Below, one piece after another: positions 61,181 through 64,000 of a DNA stretch of 64,000 nucleotides; position 1 is the stretch's first letter, and each line of letters opens with the position of its first letter. Location: positions 768,414 to 832,413 of the forward strand of contig RHPI01002090.1 in the NCBI GenBank assembly GCA_009103225.1. The letters run 5' to 3'. The notes beneath the pieces are model-generated. The model saw nothing but the letters and a program-made list of their open reading frames with translations. It was not told the DNA's origin and did no database searches. Position numbers and translations under genes: made by a program. This DNA comes from Chlorokybus atmophyticus (Eukaryota > Plantae > Mesostigma and Chlorokybus algae).

Positions 61181-63101
61181 ATGAGGTCCTAGACTGATGT
61201 GACTAGCCTTGGGCGTTCACAATGTCAGAGGCTCATGTGTGATTAGTCTTGGGCGTTGACAAGATGTTATAGGGCTGATGTGGCAGCTCCTAGACATGAG
61301 TATAGGTCAACGCAGCCATGACAAGGCAAGTAGCCTTGGACATGGTTGTTCTGGGTCGGAGCTCAGCATGTGCATACTCGACTCTTGTGTGTGGGGTGCC
61401 TAGTTCAGTTGTTTAAGGGGCTCTCCCTCTCATCCCAAGTGGGGTGTAGTGTCCATAGCAGCCTTGCACGTGAGTAGGGTGTGCTTGAGTGTGTGTGAGC
61501 TGAGTTGAGGGTTTGTTGTGCATCCTCTCCATCCCGTTGCGTGTGCACAAGTATGTGACAAACACGAGCAGGTAAGTGTGTGTCCCACGTTACAGCGGGG
61601 AATTATATTCATTTTGTGTTAACAGCTGTCGGTCGATGCACATTTGAGTACAATAGTCTTTGCACACTATGGTACGTGCATGCACACCTTGTGCAAAGTT
61701 GCAAAGTAATATCAAACGTCTGCATGCTAACCAAGCAACCGGTTTATTAATGATTTAACTGTTAATGAGTATTAATGGTGATTATCCAATGCGCAAGTTT
61801 GGAGCCTTTTTGTGATGTATGTACCTACAGCTTGTACACGTAGCGTGTTGCATGCATTAACATGCTTGATGACCGCATTTATAACAGCGCCCCGCGATTA
61901 TGCAAACAGCGCCCCGCGATTATTGAAGCCCATCGGGCAAAGGAGGGGGTGCGGTGCGGGGCTGGCTGTATTTAGGGTCAAATTTCAGCGGGGAAACTGT
62001 TCTGCAGTCCCCTCTCCCTCCTCTACGCATAGAATAGCTTGGGGCATAAGAATTTGTTTATTTATTTTACACACGTTATCAACAAATTATGTAAATAAGA
62101 ATGTTGCTATGCTGCTAGACTATTCCACTATAGTTGTCGTTGTTTTGTATGCGATAGCTCATATTATCATCATCGATGCTATTAAAATATCCAACAACAA
62201 CGAATAATCAACAATAAAAAGTTAGTGGTATAAACTCATCTTACATGACTTTAAACATGAAACAATGGGACTTGCATGAAGTGGAACGTGTACGACGTAG
62301 GCAGGCACTGTCGAATGCTGACACGCAGTTGGTACGTTAAGGCATGACAGTGTCATATTGACGGTGTCAATGATGTGTCTGCGGGCGCGCCGGCGCACTT
62401 TTACCGCCTGTTTCTTTGTTTTTGAGCCTGTGTGGCGCCCGCGCAGATTCACAATAACAACAACATCAGCAGGGGTCCGAGTCAACTGTCGACGCCTTGC
62501 ATTGGTTTAGCGTACTTACCGCGCTCTGTCGCATCGCAGCCGTCGACAGTACGAGATCTCGGCTCGTGATCTGCCGGGCTCCGGTCTTAACGCGGTGCAA
62601 GAGCCACTTGCAGGCTAGAACCCTTGCAGCAATGTGGTGCGGGCGATCGCGCTCGCTGCACTGAGCAGGGATGGCTGCAGCACCGTCTGAGCTGCAAGAC
62701 CGGCTGGAATCCCTCATGCCCCGCCGCCGTCAGCAACTCTGCGCGGGATACACGCCCGGTCAGCAGCAACTGCCGCACTACGCAATGCGTCCGGCAAACC
62801 ACACTGTGTTGTGGAATAACCACAAAATGTCGCGGGTGAAGCGCGGTTAAAGTCATCAGAACGGCAGATCTTGGTTTCACTGACCGAAAAGAGTTTTAGC
62901 AACAGTCCGTTTCACGGTCAAACCGAGGCCGCGTCCCTCGGATATTCTCGCCAGTTTTTGCCGCGCAGGCTGAACGCAAAGCGTTGGCCACCTTCGTAGT
63001 TTTCGCAGTCGGGTAGTTGTTGTTGCAAGGCGGCGGCGGCGGTAGTAGTGGCGGTGAAGGCTGCGAGGAACACCGACGCACCCACCCGCATTCCTGTTAC
63101 C

Positions 63102-63939
63102 ATGGCGGAAGGCAAGAAGACCGGAGTCGTCAAGTGGTTCAACAGCAGCAAGGTGAGTCTACGACGGTGTCGTCGTACTAGCTGGGGTCGCCTCGCCTGT
63201 TGCATGCACTGTATTTGCAGCTGCGAGTTCTTTAGCTCTTTAGCTTGCTGTAGACAACCTAGCGGCCATGTCACGCTAGTTTTCGTCGCATGTTGCTTTC
63301 GTCGTTTGCCTTGCCTGCGGGCATGTAACACAGTGCATGCTTCCAGGGCTTTGGCTTCATCACCCCCAGCGATGGAGGCGATGATCTCTTCGTCCATCAG
63401 ACTGTGATTCATGCTGAAGGCTTCCGGTCCCTCCGTGAGGGAGAGGCTGTGGAGTTTAACGTCGAGAACAGCGACGATGGCAGGACAAAGGCCCTTGACG
63501 TGACTGGACCCAACGGAGCCTATGTTCAAGTAAGGATGCTGCTTCACACTGAACCTGGCCACATGACACGGCCGCTCATCTGCCCTATTGCCTTTTGTCA
63601 AGCAACAGCTTGAATTCATTGCAGTGTCAGTGCCTGCTGCCCTTGGCGACGTTGGTACTGTAGGCCCGTGTAGTTTACACGTGCTGCCTGTTGCAGGGTG
63701 CACCCAGGCGCGATGGCTACGACCAGCAAGAGGACCGTCGCGGTGGAAACGGTGGTGGTTATGCTCCTCGCGGAGGCTACGGCGGCGGCGGTGGTCGCGG
63801 TGGTGGAGGTGGTCGCGGTGGCGGTCGTGGCGGTTACGGCGCTGGCGGCGGCGGCGGCGGCGGCGGCGGCGAGCGCAGGTGTTACAACTGCAACGGAAGC
63901 GGGCATATCGCCCGTGACTGCACTACTGTTGCACAGTAG
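63102..63939 (+). CDS. Cold-shock-domain, glycine-rich, CCHC zinc-knuckle RNA-binding protein (plant CSDP/GRP2 type; 3 exons)
   Basis: [17 protein letters not shown]|[55 protein letters not shown]|GAPRR..RGG/Gly-rich..[16 protein letters not shown]. Confidence 0.95.
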
Positions 63940-64000
63940 ACCTGTGCTTTGCTGGCGTCTGCTTTTCCTTGGGTTCCCTGGCCGGTGCTAGTTCACCTGT

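Noticed and set aside
1-64000. tRNA, rRNA, snRNA genes and CRISPR arrays
   Set aside because: No cloverleaf, spliceosomal RNA signature or regularly spaced repeat-spacer array was recognised by eye; tRNAscan-SE and Infernal were not run.

Overview
Eukaryotic, intron-rich (GT-AG) nuclear DNA, most consistent with a green alga on the streptophyte side (inference from an At3g11960-type SF3B3/DDB1-like gene, an FLP/MYB88-type MYB and a plant-type cold-shock/zinc-knuckle protein). I read 11 spliced protein-coding genes by hand: UBA3 (-), SF3B3/DDB1-like (+), a CbiA/CobB-BtuF-like fusion (-), an unknown coiled-coil protein (+), PGD (-), COQ2 (+), RBBP6/Mpe1-like (+), FLP/MYB88-like MYB (-), TruB (-), CCZ1 (+) and a CSD-zinc knuckle protein (+). 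Eight of them sit in four head-to-head pairs, separated by AT-richer spacers containing small repeats, hairpins and C/G-run-flanked assembly gaps. The stand-out is an 18-exon, about 850-aa gene fusing an apparently intact cobyrinate a,c-diamide synthase to a Cys-rich BtuF-like binding domain, in a lineage not known to make B12 de novo. A roughly 245-nt foldback lies just downstream of it. No tRNA, rRNA or CRISPR array was recognised. All family calls are from motif recognition; no database search was run.
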